Source: Pseudomonadota bacterium
GTDB taxonomy: Bacteria > Pseudomonadota > Gammaproteobacteria > Steroidobacterales > Woeseiaceae
Length of the DNA: 64,000 bases
Assembly: GCA_038529355.1 (NCBI GenBank)
Contig: JBCBDU010000001.1
Location: 90,565 to 154,564 of the forward strand
Direction: 5' to 3'
Part shown: positions 10,259 to 19,235 of the stretch, piece by piece
How positions within the stretch are numbered: position 1 is the stretch's first letter
How the letters are laid out: each line of letters starts with the position of its first letter
Notes under the pieces: model-generated
What the model was told of the DNA's origin: nothing
The model's database searches: none
The model's input: the letters and a program-made list of their open reading frames with translations, nothing else
Made by a program: the position numbers and the translations under genes

Positions 10259-10459
10259 ATGTTGATCGTCAGCCGGCGGAACGCCGAATCCATTTTGATC
10301 GAGCCTGCCGAAGGTATTGATCCAAGCACACCGCTCGGCGAGGTTTTCGGCGACGGACCTATTGAAATCACCATATTCTCCGGCGCCGGTCACCGAGTAA
10401 AGATGGGTGTCGATGCGCCGCGGGCACTGTCCATCTGGCGCAAGGACGCAGACCAGTAA
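10259..10459 (+). CDS. CsrA/RsmA-family RNA-binding protein, divergent (internal insertion, no C-terminal helix)
   Basis: 66 aa. MLIVSRRNAESILIE...IEITIFSGAGHRVKMGVDAPRALSIWRKD aligns to E. coli CsrA [45 protein letters not shown]. A roughly 19-aa insert follows strand 2, and the ORF stops right after strand 5. SD AAGGAG lies 8 nt upstream. Confidence 0.75.
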   Translation: MLIVSRRNAESILIEPAEGIDPSTPLGEVFGDGPIEITIFSGAGHRVKMGVDAPRALSIWRKDADQ

Positions 10460-10550
10460 ATCGCCAGTATTTGTATTTGATGCACCGAAAGGCGATGCGG
10501 CGAAACGAAACAAATGGACAGCGTTCGGTATGCGGCTAGCGCAGCACCCT

Positions 10551-11309
10551 TCAAACCACTTTTAAACTCGGTCGCTCAGAAGACTTTAGGGGTTCGATAC
10601 TAGGTCGGCTCGGGTTTTTGGCTGCGGCCTCCAAACCACCAGGCAGCATCAGCTCGACGCATAGGCCGCCTGAGCCTGCCTGTCTCATATTCAATCGCCC
10701 ACCTGCGGCACGCACTTCCTGATCGCAAATCGCCAAGCCCAGACCAGCTGCACCGGCGCGGCCGCCAGTTTTGACGAACGGCTCCTTGATTCTAGAGATA
10801 AACCCGTCCGCAACCCCAGGGCCATTGTCTTCAATGACTATGCAGATTGACTCGTCATCGACCTGAGTCACTTCAACATCCAGTCGAAGCGTTACCGGCT
10901 TGTCGTGATGTTGGACTGCGTTCGTCATGATTTCGGTAAGCGTGCCGCGCACAACGTCCGGATCAGCGATCAACACATCACGCGAACAAGTCAGGTGCAG
11001 TTGCGCTTCGATGCCGGGGGATATCTTGCCAAACAGCGTTTGCACCAAATCGGTCACGCTGAACGGCTCCGCGCGGTATGTGCGCTCACCAGCGCGGCAG
11101 TAGCGAATCAATTCAGATACGAACCTGTCTATGTGCGCTAACCTTACATCCAGCATACCAATCGCGTGCATCGTCGCATCTGCATCTTCACGCAACACAT
11201 CTTCGCGTGCGTAAGCCGATAACTGACGCGCCGAGCGTATCAATGCCGCAAGGTCGTGCGACAGGACTCGAGCGACGGTTTCTGGGTTGCCAGGCAATCC
11301 GCCGGTCAT
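10551..11309 (-). CDS. Soluble sensor-less histidine kinase (DHp + HATPase only)
   Basis: 252 aa. H-box LSHDLAALIRSA, N-box EIMTNAVQH, G1 IEDNGPGV, G2 GAAGLGLAI. No TM or sensor domain. ATGA overlap with the upstream gene. Confidence 0.8.
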   Translation of the reverse strand: MTGGLPGNPETVARVLSHDLAALIRSARQLSAYAREDVLREDADATMHAIGMLDVRLAHIDRFVSELIRYCRAGERTYRAEPFSVTDLVQTLFGKISPGIEAQLHLTCSRDVLIADPDVVRGTLTEIMTNAVQHHDKPVTLRLDVEVTQVDDESICIVIEDNGPGVADGFISRIKEPFVKTGGRAGAAGLGLAICDQEVRAAGGRLNMRQAGSGGLCVELMLPGGLEAAAKNPSRPSIEPLKSSERPSLKVV

Positions 11310-13045
11310 GGATGTATACGGGCGTCAGCAGACAGCCCCGGTATCGCACGCAAAATACCAGTGACCGTTTTCTTGCGATCTGACAAGTAGTGTTCGCGAA
11401 TCGCAGCCACCGGCATTGGCTCACCGTAATAATTGCCCTGCACGCTGTCGCAACCCAGCGCTTTCAGCGCGCGCAATTGCGCTTTGGTTTCAACCCCGAC
11501 ACCACCCACTTTTAACTGTAGATTGTGCGCCAACGTTGCAATAGAGCGCACGATCGCGTCGGTCTTGCGGTCACCCAATGACTCGACAAAGCTGCGGGCA
11601 ATACAAATACCGTCCAACGGAAAATCGTTCAAATAACTCATTGCCGAATAGCCGGTGCCGAAATCGTTCAGCCAGATACTGATCCCCATTTCCTGCAGCT
11701 CCTGCAGCGCATCGCGAGTTTCCGAGTACTCCGCACGCAGCACGGATTCAGTCAGATCAAACTGGATCAACCGCGGGTCAACGTCGGAATCTTCAATCAA
11801 GTGCTGCACGCAGGTCAGGATGTCCGGACGAAGGATGTGCGATGCGGAAACATTAATTGCAACCGGCACCACATCCAGACAGTCTTGTTGCCACGTGGAC
11901 AGATCGGACATGACTCGCTGCATGACCCATTCATCAATCGCAGAAACCATACCATTGTCTTCGGCGAATGGAATAAACTCTGCGGGTTCGATCAGACCAT
12001 GGTTTGGATGGTTCCAACGCACCAAAGCTTCCAACCCGACCAGTTCGTGTGACTGCGCACAGGCCTTGGGTTGGTAGTAGACCTCAAACTGCTCGTGAGC
12101 AATAGCCTGTGTCAGCTCTTTAAGGCGTCGGTTGCGGGCGTCGGCACTCTCGTTCAATTTTGAGGAGTAGAACAGAACGCTATTGCGACCGCTGCGCTTG
12201 GCTTGATACATCGCAATGTCTGAACGGGTTAGTAGATCCTCGGCGTCGCCCGCGTCGTGGGGAAACAGTGCAATACCAATACTGGCGCCGATCGTTACCG
12301 AATGACCGCCGACTACGAATGGAATCTGCAAAGCTTCGATTACCTTTCCAGCTACCACCTCAGCGTCAAGAGGCGAGCAAATTGCCTCTGCAAGTATCGC
12401 GAACTCGTCACCACCAAGCCGACCGACCAGATCACCTGATCGCACGCAATTTCGAAACCGCATCGCAACCTGAGACAGCAATTCATCGCCTGCGTGGTGT
12501 CCAAGGGTATCGTTCACTTCCTTGAATTCGTTCAGGTCAATAAACAACAGCGCCATCAACTCGCCACTGCGTTCAGCATGCCCGATGGCTTTCAATAACT
12601 GACGATTGAATCGCTGGCGGTTTGAAAGCCGAGTGAGTTGATCGTAATCGGCGAGATCACGCAAGCGTTGCTCGCCCTTCTTGCGCTCGATAGCGTAGCG
12701 CAACGTACGCAAGAATGGTGCACCGATGGATTCGCCTTTGGCGACATACTCTTCAACGCCTAGTCGCGCCGCGGACAGTGCTGTGTGCTCGTTGTCATCG
12801 CCGCTGAGTACGACAATAGGCAGCGATTCGTTGATGCGCTGCAACTCTTTAATGGTACCTAGTCCGAAACTATCGGGTAGCGACAAATCCAACAACGCCA
12901 CATCGAAATCGCTAGCGTCGATTGCTTTTCTGGCATCGCGTATCGTTGGCACTGCTGTAACATTAATTGCGCGATCAACGCGCTGCAACGAAACTTTCAC
13001 CATTTCGGCGTCAGCTTCGTTATCCTCGACAACCAATACTTCCAT
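11306..13045 (-). CDS. Response regulator with GGDEF and EAL domains
   Basis: 579 aa. REC domain (VLVVEDNEAD...DVALLDLSLPD). RSGD I-site 5 residues upstream of GGDEF. EAL domain (LEALVRW, NDFGTGYS). Confidence 0.92.
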   Translation of the reverse strand: MEVLVVEDNEADAEMVKVSLQRVDRAINVTAVPTIRDARKAIDASDFDVALLDLSLPDSFGLGTIKELQRINESLPIVVLSGDDNEHTALSAARLGVEEYVAKGESIGAPFLRTLRYAIERKKGEQRLRDLADYDQLTRLSNRQRFNRQLLKAIGHAERSGELMALLFIDLNEFKEVNDTLGHHAGDELLSQVAMRFRNCVRSGDLVGRLGGDEFAILAEAICSPLDAEVVAGKVIEALQIPFVVGGHSVTIGASIGIALFPHDAGDAEDLLTRSDIAMYQAKRSGRNSVLFYSSKLNESADARNRRLKELTQAIAHEQFEVYYQPKACAQSHELVGLEALVRWNHPNHGLIEPAEFIPFAEDNGMVSAIDEWVMQRVMSDLSTWQQDCLDVVPVAINVSASHILRPDILTCVQHLIEDSDVDPRLIQFDLTESVLRAEYSETRDALQELQEMGISIWLNDFGTGYSAMSYLNDFPLDGICIARSFVESLGDRKTDAIVRSIATLAHNLQLKVGGVGVETKAQLRALKALGCDSVQGNYYGEPMPVAAIREHYLSDRKKTVTGILRAIPGLSADARIHP

Positions 13046-13226
13046 TGTATTCAGATCCTTCCCAGCTCTGGGTCCGCTACATCCTTACAGCGACCATCTG
13101 GGGCCGAGCTTTACACGATTGGCGCAGAAAAAACGGGATTATGTCTGATTTTTGGTATTCCGTGACTGTTCTGGTTCCCCACTAAAGATGGTCACATCTG
13201 TGCCGCTACAACCTACTCACTGAGAA

Positions 13227-15023
13227 TTGGTTGAACGGGCCGCTGTACCGACCAAGCGGCGTCATGTGCGAGGGATAGCGCGAGTGATTAGGCAAAACAG
13301 TCTGCATGAACTGATCGAGCGTAACGTTGAACTGGCAGCGCCGCGTGCTTCCGGCAACGGTATTGCACTGAACTGCCACATAGATTCGGGCTGCAAACGG
13401 ATCTTCAATTTCGATGATTGGTATATCACGCAGATTATTAATAACCTGCTCAGCAACGCATTGAAATACACAGAGCAGGGATCCGTCACCGTTACGGCGC
13501 GTTGCACGGCTGCGGGCAGCGAGCTCGACACCTACCATTACGAAATTGCGATTACCGATACCGGCCCTGGGATTGACACTGACATACGCCGCGTCATGTT
13601 TGCTTTGCCCGAACAACGCGAGAGCATGCCGCAACATCCGGAGGTCGGCGTCGGACTGGTCATTGCCAAACAACTATGCGACATGATCAATGCAATTTTG
13701 ACCGTGCAGCCCGCCGCTACCGGCGGCACGGTTGCTGTTGTCGCTGGCACAATCAATACCGCTGTTCACGACACACGCAACTCATCGCCGGTCAGCGATG
13801 CCCTGCGCAACACCCAGGCTTTGATCGTCGATACCGATATGGCGGCTCGACGTTTACTCGAGGCACATCTGCGCTCGTGGGATATCGATGTGCATTCGGT
13901 ACTCGACGTGGAGTCAGCCATTGAGCACGCTCAGGCCGCTGCGCAGAAAAATCAATCGATCAGTATGGTGCTAGTCAGTCACGATCGCTCGGAAGCCGAA
14001 ATCGAGCGCCTGTTAAAAAGTATGGATGCCTGTCCGCAGCACGCCGACACGCTATTGGTCATTCTGGGCTCCAACCCGACAAACAGCGGTGTCACGCGCG
14101 TCGCTTCCGAGGGCACCGACAGCATCACGCTCAGCAAGCCTGTCAGACCGTCAGAGCTGTACAATTGCATCTCGCAACATCCGCATATCGTGTCGCGAAT
14201 TCGCTCTGACAATGTAGCGCCGCAGTCGGCGAACGACGCGACGGATGCAGAGCAATCACACGTGCTGCTCGTCGAGGACAACGTGGTTAACCAATGCGTT
14301 GCAGCCGAAATCCTGAAACGGATTGGCGCCCACGTGACGATCGCCAGCAACGGGCTTGAGGCGATCAAATGCCTGCAGACGGAGACTTTCGACTTTGTCT
14401 TTATGGATTGCCAAATGCCGCAGATGGACGGCTTTGAAGCGACACGAAAAATCCGTAGCGAATTGAAAATTAAGACGCTACCGATCGTTGCGCTGACCGC
14501 CAATGCACTTGCCGGTGATCGGCAGCTTTGCATGGAAGCCGGCATGAGCGACTACCTGACGAAACCGTTCACACGGGACCAGATCGCTGCCATGCTCGAC
14601 AAGTGGATCGGCACCCAGAGTGAGACTGATACACGCCCCGACCTCGACATCGGTGTCGAAGACAGCACACTGATCGACGCCGACGCGCTGGAGCAGATCC
14701 GGCAACTCGATACCGATGGTCAAACAACGATTTTCGACGAAATCATTAACGAGTACTTGTCGTCATCTCGCACACTGATCAAACAAATTGATGATGCGAC
14801 CCTTGCCGCGAACCCCGAAGGTGTTGCGCGCGTATCGCATGCACTCAAATCCAGCAGCGCTGCGGTGGGTTTAACCCGATTCGCCAAGCAATGCGCCGAC
14901 CTGGAGCGTCTCGGCATACGAGGCGACGTCGAGGCCATCACGGAGCTGTGGCAATCGGCGCAACCGGTGTACAAACGCTCGGTGATGTTACTCGCCAACC
15001 AACAAACAGCGCGGGTCGCTTGA
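13227..15023 (+). CDS. Hybrid histidine-kinase fragment: HATPase-REC-REC-HPt without a DHp/H-box (possibly a truncated gene)
   Basis: N-box IINNLLSNALKYT, G1 ITDTGPGI, G2 GVGLVIAKQL, two receiver domains, and an HPt domain (SHALKSSSAAVG). In-frame TGA at 13221-13223. Only TTG 13227 or GTG 13266 are available as starts. The first in-frame ATG is codon 124. Confidence 0.75.
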   Translation: MVERAAVPTKRRHVRGIARVIRQNSLHELIERNVELAAPRASGNGIALNCHIDSGCKRIFNFDDWYITQIINNLLSNALKYTEQGSVTVTARCTAAGSELDTYHYEIAITDTGPGIDTDIRRVMFALPEQRESMPQHPEVGVGLVIAKQLCDMINAILTVQPAATGGTVAVVAGTINTAVHDTRNSSPVSDALRNTQALIVDTDMAARRLLEAHLRSWDIDVHSVLDVESAIEHAQAAAQKNQSISMVLVSHDRSEAEIERLLKSMDACPQHADTLLVILGSNPTNSGVTRVASEGTDSITLSKPVRPSELYNCISQHPHIVSRIRSDNVAPQSANDATDAEQSHVLLVEDNVVNQCVAAEILKRIGAHVTIASNGLEAIKCLQTETFDFVFMDCQMPQMDGFEATRKIRSELKIKTLPIVALTANALAGDRQLCMEAGMSDYLTKPFTRDQIAAMLDKWIGTQSETDTRPDLDIGVEDSTLIDADALEQIRQLDTDGQTTIFDEIINEYLSSSRTLIKQIDDATLAANPEGVARVSHALKSSSAAVGLTRFAKQCADLERLGIRGDVEAITELWQSAQPVYKRSVMLLANQQTARVA

Positions 15024-15024
15024 T

Positions 15025-17259
15025 ATGACAGCCAGTTTTACAGGCGTATACCGCAGCATCACGGCTTCGTTCGAGGGCCGACCTCCGCTCGTGCTCATCG
15101 TCGACGATGAAGCAACGATCCGGTTGATGACGCGACGTTTCCTCGAACATGCTGATTTTATGGTTGTCGATGCCGCGTCCGGTGAGGCTGCGCAAAAGCA
15201 GATCCAGCGTATCGAACCCGATGTCATCCTGCTTGATGTCGACATGCCGGGTATGGACGGCTATGAACTCACGCGCTGGATACGCAGCCAACCGAAAACA
15301 CGCTATACGCCGATCGTCATGATCACCGGCCGCGAAGATCCGGAATCCGTGAACGCCGCGTATGAGGTTGGCGCGACCGACTTCATCGTCAAGCCCATCG
15401 CGTGGCCGGTGCTCTCGCATCGCGTGCGTTATATTCTGCGTGGCTCTGAGACGCAGCTGGCCCTGCGCGACTCGCATGCGCGCGTCAAGGCCATTGTTGA
15501 GGCTCTGCCCGATCGGCTGTTCTCGCTGGACGAATCCGGACGTGTCATTGGTGACAACAACTCGTTGCTCAGTTTCGAAGCCAGCAGCAGTTCGGGAACG
15601 ACGACTTCGCTGCGCACTGGCGCATGGAGTGCCTATGAGCACGCATTCCGGCAGGAAATCGAGCGCGTAACGTCAAACATCATTGGATCGGTGTTGCGTG
15701 ACGATGAGCTGGACGAGACAGCGATCAGTCTGATGGATGACAACAACAAGATGCGCCACTACGAAGTACGCGTCGTCAAACAGTCTGAAAAAAATGGACT
15801 GGCAGTTGTGCGCGACGTGACTGAACAAAAGGAGGCCGTCAGCAAAATCCATCAGCTTGCGTACTACGATTCGCTGACGGGGCTACCGAACCGGCAGTTC
15901 TTCTCCAGCGAGCTACGCGCCTGCATGGAGCGATGCAAGGAAAGTCAGGAGCAATTTGCGCTGCTGTACGTCGATCTTGATCACTTCAAGCGCATTAATG
16001 ACACGTTGGGGCATACCACCGGTGATGAATTGCTGAAGATGGTCGCTGATCGGCTGCAGCGCTGCTTGCGCGCGACCGACGTGCTTGCACTACGCGATGA
16101 CAATGAAGCCTACATGGAAGGCAACATTGCACGCTTGGGTGGCGATGAATTCACGTTGATCATCCATGGTGCAGAATCAGTCGACAACATTGAAAATGTC
16201 GCCAATCGCATTATCGATACGCTCAAGGTGCCGTTCGAATTCTCTGGCCATGAGTTTGTTGTTACGCCCAGCATCGGCATCGCGATCTATCCGTCCGATG
16301 GCGAAGATGAGGAGACTCTGCTCAAGACTGCCGATGTCGCGATGTACCAGGCCAAGCAGGCCGGTCGCTCCGGTTACTCTTTCTGCACTGAAACAACATC
16401 TGTGCGCTCTCTGGAAAGACTTGATCTCGAACTGGACTTGCGTCGGGCCATTGAGGCAAAACAATTCGAGCTGCACTATCAACCGAAAGTCAACGCCAGC
16501 AACTGGCAGTTAATCGGTGTTGAGGCACTGCTGCGTTGGCGACACCCGACGCGCGGCTGGATATCGCCGGCGCGCATCGTACCCATTGCTGAGGACACCG
16601 GACTAATCGTTCCGATCGGTCGCTGGATCATCAGCGAAGCGTGTCGCCAAATGGCCGCATGGCAGGCTGAGGGACTCCGTGCAGTACCGATCTCGGTTAA
16701 TCTCTCCAGTCAGCAATTCTGGCAAGACGACATCGCTTCGGTCGTCGAGGCAGCACTGGGCACTTACGATATTCCGGCCGACATGCTAGAGCTGGAGTTG
16801 ACTGAGGGCGTGTTGATGCGCGATGTAAAACAAACGCGCGATGCCTTGCAACTACTCAAGCAGACGGGCGTATCGCTCGCTGTCGATGATTTTGGTACCG
16901 GCTACTCGTCGCTTGCGTATCTGCGGCAGTTCCCTCTGGATGCATTGAAAATCGACCGCTCGTTCGTCGACGACTTGCCGCAGGAAGATGCTGCCGCGAT
17001 TTGTAACGCCATCATCAGCATGGCGCAGAGCCTGAACCTGATGGTCGTCGCCGAAGGCGTCGAGAACCGCGCACAACTGGATTATCTGACGCAGCAACAG
17101 TGCGATCAGATTCAGGGTTACTTCTTCAGCAAACCGCTCGCCGCCAGCGCGCTGGAACAGGTACTACGCGATAGTGACTTCTTTAGCAGAATCGTCAGCG
17201 AATCCGGCGCTCAATCCGTATCGCCTGCCAATGTCGCAGCCAGTGCGTCGGCGATGTAG
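15025..17259 (+). CDS. Response regulator with PAS-like, GGDEF and EAL domains
   Basis: 744 aa. REC domain (LIVDDEAT...ILLDVDMPGMDG), PAS-like linker, RLGGDEF, EAL domain (VEALLRW, DDFGTGYSS, QGYFFSKP). Its ATG lies 1 nt after the upstream stop. Confidence 0.92.
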   Translation: MTASFTGVYRSITASFEGRPPLVLIVDDEATIRLMTRRFLEHADFMVVDAASGEAAQKQIQRIEPDVILLDVDMPGMDGYELTRWIRSQPKTRYTPIVMITGREDPESVNAAYEVGATDFIVKPIAWPVLSHRVRYILRGSETQLALRDSHARVKAIVEALPDRLFSLDESGRVIGDNNSLLSFEASSSSGTTTSLRTGAWSAYEHAFRQEIERVTSNIIGSVLRDDELDETAISLMDDNNKMRHYEVRVVKQSEKNGLAVVRDVTEQKEAVSKIHQLAYYDSLTGLPNRQFFSSELRACMERCKESQEQFALLYVDLDHFKRINDTLGHTTGDELLKMVADRLQRCLRATDVLALRDDNEAYMEGNIARLGGDEFTLIIHGAESVDNIENVANRIIDTLKVPFEFSGHEFVVTPSIGIAIYPSDGEDEETLLKTADVAMYQAKQAGRSGYSFCTETTSVRSLERLDLELDLRRAIEAKQFELHYQPKVNASNWQLIGVEALLRWRHPTRGWISPARIVPIAEDTGLIVPIGRWIISEACRQMAAWQAEGLRAVPISVNLSSQQFWQDDIASVVEAALGTYDIPADMLELELTEGVLMRDVKQTRDALQLLKQTGVSLAVDDFGTGYSSLAYLRQFPLDALKIDRSFVDDLPQEDAAAICNAIISMAQSLNLMVVAEGVENRAQLDYLTQQQCDQIQGYFFSKPLAASALEQVLRDSDFFSRIVSESGAQSVSPANVAASASAM

Positions 17260-18416
17260 CCGACCTTGTTGGCGGTCAGTCCCGCAACATTGACCCGGCT
17301 CGATCCAACGATATAGACATGCCATTGCTCGCGCAGCACGTCAATCTGCGCACGCGTGATACCCAGCAGCGAGAACATGCCGTTCTGACGTGCGACGAAC
17401 TCAAATCGCTCCGCCAATCCGTGCGGCGCTAGCGCAGCAACGAAACCGCGCCGCAGTGCCTGCATGCGCTCGCGCATGTCCGTCAACTCCTGTTGCCAGT
17501 CAGCTGTCAATGTATCACTGGCAAGTATCTGCGCCACAACGCGCGCGCCGTGATCCGGCGGCATCGAAATCATCGCGCGGACAATTTTCAATACGTGCGT
17601 GCGCGCCGCAGCCGCATGCTTTGCGTGGCGGGTCAGTAAACTCAATGTACCCACACGCTCGCGATAGAGTCCGAAATTTTTCGAGCAGGAAGTGACTGCC
17701 AGCATCTCGGGCACGACGTCTGCCAGTTCGCGAATGCCTTGCGCATCTGCATCTAATCCGTGCGCAAATCCCTGATAGGCCGTATCAACAAACGGCAAAA
17801 TGTCGCGCTCCAGACACAGCTCGGCGATCGCTGCCCAGGTCGCTGCATCCATATCTGCACCGGTCGGGTTGTGGCAACACCCATGCAACAGCAATACGTC
17901 GCCTGCCGGAATGCTTGCGATGTCTTCGAGCATGCCTTGCGTATCAACATCGCCAGTCGCTGCATCGTAGTAGCGAAATTCCCTGATCGCTATGCCGGCC
18001 GCAGTTAGCAACGGCACATGATTCGGCCACGTCGGCGTCGTTACCCAAACCGTCGCGCCCGGGCGTAAACTGCGAATCAGCTCGGCAGCGACACGTAAGC
18101 CACCGGACCCGCCAGCACTTTGCACAGTCACCACACGGCCTTGCGCAATCGCAGCATGGTCTTTGCCAAACAACAGCGACGTCATTGCCGCGTTGAACGG
18201 CTCGGCACCCGCGATACCGACATAAGACTTGGTCGTTTGCTCGCGCAACACTTGCGCCTCGGCCTCAGCAACCGCGCGCACGACGGGCGTGTTACCGGCA
18301 TCGTCCTGATAAACGCCGACGCCGAGATCGACCTTTTTATCCGACGTATCGGCACGGTACGCACTCATCAAAGCAAGGATCGGGTCGCCGGGCATTGGCT
18401 CCACATCAAACAGCAT
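17211..18416 (-). CDS. Aspartate/aromatic amino acid aminotransferase (AspC/TyrB family)
   Basis: About 401 aa. MLFDVEPMPGDPILALM matches the E. coli AspC N-terminus pattern, and SCSKNFGLYRERVG contains the PLP lysine motif. The ATG at 18416 is preferred over the track GTG at 18425. Confidence 0.9.
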   Translation of the reverse strand: MLFDVEPMPGDPILALMSAYRADTSDKKVDLGVGVYQDDAGNTPVVRAVAEAEAQVLREQTTKSYVGIAGAEPFNAAMTSLLFGKDHAAIAQGRVVTVQSAGGSGGLRVAAELIRSLRPGATVWVTTPTWPNHVPLLTAAGIAIREFRYYDAATGDVDTQGMLEDIASIPAGDVLLLHGCCHNPTGADMDAATWAAIAELCLERDILPFVDTAYQGFAHGLDADAQGIRELADVVPEMLAVTSCSKNFGLYRERVGTLSLLTRHAKHAAAARTHVLKIVRAMISMPPDHGARVVAQILASDTLTADWQQELTDMRERMQALRRGFVAALAPHGLAERFEFVARQNGMFSLLGITRAQIDVLREQWHVYIVGSSRVNVAGLTANKVGYIADALAATLAGDTD

Positions 18417-18530
18417 GGTAATCACTTCTCAACCGCAAAACTCCCGCGATGGTAACCGTTATCGCCGGATTCAGCACGTCTGCGCTAAACCGGCGACTCA
18501 AGCCCGCAAGCATTGTGCCGCTAACCACGC

Positions 18531-19235
18531 ATGCAGGGAATTTCCGAACGGCAGATCGCAACGCTCGCAACACGCATCGCCGCCAGAGCCACACTGTTTT
18601 CGGCACTTGGGGCAGATCTGTCCGCGCCGCGGAGCGCTGTGACAGGGGTACACCTCAACCACGCGACATTAACGAGCGACAGCGCCTATCGCCTGCTTAC
18701 CCATGCAGCAGCCAATTGGCTTACGCAAATGACGGCGAGTACGAAAACCATCGCGCAGCAAGCAGCAATACCGATGATTGGCAGTAAGCATGGCTTGCCG
18801 CTGGAAACACTGGTTCAAGCGTTACGCGAGGTCTTTTCGACGGATCGTCAGCGTTACGTCATCGATCAGGCACACGAACGCCTGAGTCAGCAATTGCCGG
18901 TGGTACTGGAGCGCATTGCGAGCATCCATGGCTTACCGCCGAGCATCGACCCGATCGCCGTCTGGTTATTACCGCTGCTGCAGCGACGTAATCGTCGCAA
19001 CTCAGTCCGATCGCGCCGCGGCAACAACGAGCGTCCGCGCTCCGAGAACGACGAGCAAACGCCCGAGCATCCACAGTCGGCTCAAGACGAGCCGATTGAT
19101 GTGGCTGCCGAAACCGATGCCTTACTCGACGTGGTGAGTTGGTTAGCCCAAGCGGCCTATGCCGATGAATACGCGATCGGCCCGGCAAGGCAAAGCGCAC
19201 CGGCCACAGGCTCACATCTGAGTGAATACGCCTAG
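18531..19235 (+). CDS. Hypothetical protein (no recognisable motif)
   Basis: 234-aa ORF filling the gap between the aminotransferase and fnr. Basic, low-complexity centre (RRNRRNSVRSRRGNNERPRSENDEQ). No clear SD. Coding status is uncertain. Confidence 0.35.
   Translation: MQGISERQIATLATRIAARATLFSALGADLSAPRSAVTGVHLNHATLTSDSAYRLLTHAAANWLTQMTASTKTIAQQAAIPMIGSKHGLPLETLVQALREVFSTDRQRYVIDQAHERLSQQLPVVLERIASIHGLPPSIDPIAVWLLPLLQRRNRRNSVRSRRGNNERPRSENDEQTPEHPQSAQDEPIDVAAETDALLDVVSWLAQAAYADEYAIGPARQSAPATGSHLSEYA

Noticed and set aside
10460-10550. Search for an Rsm/Csr-type decoy sRNA or a terminator downstream of the csrA-like gene
   Set aside because: Only isolated GGA triplets are present, with no stable hairpin plus U-tract. 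The region is a short convergent gap.
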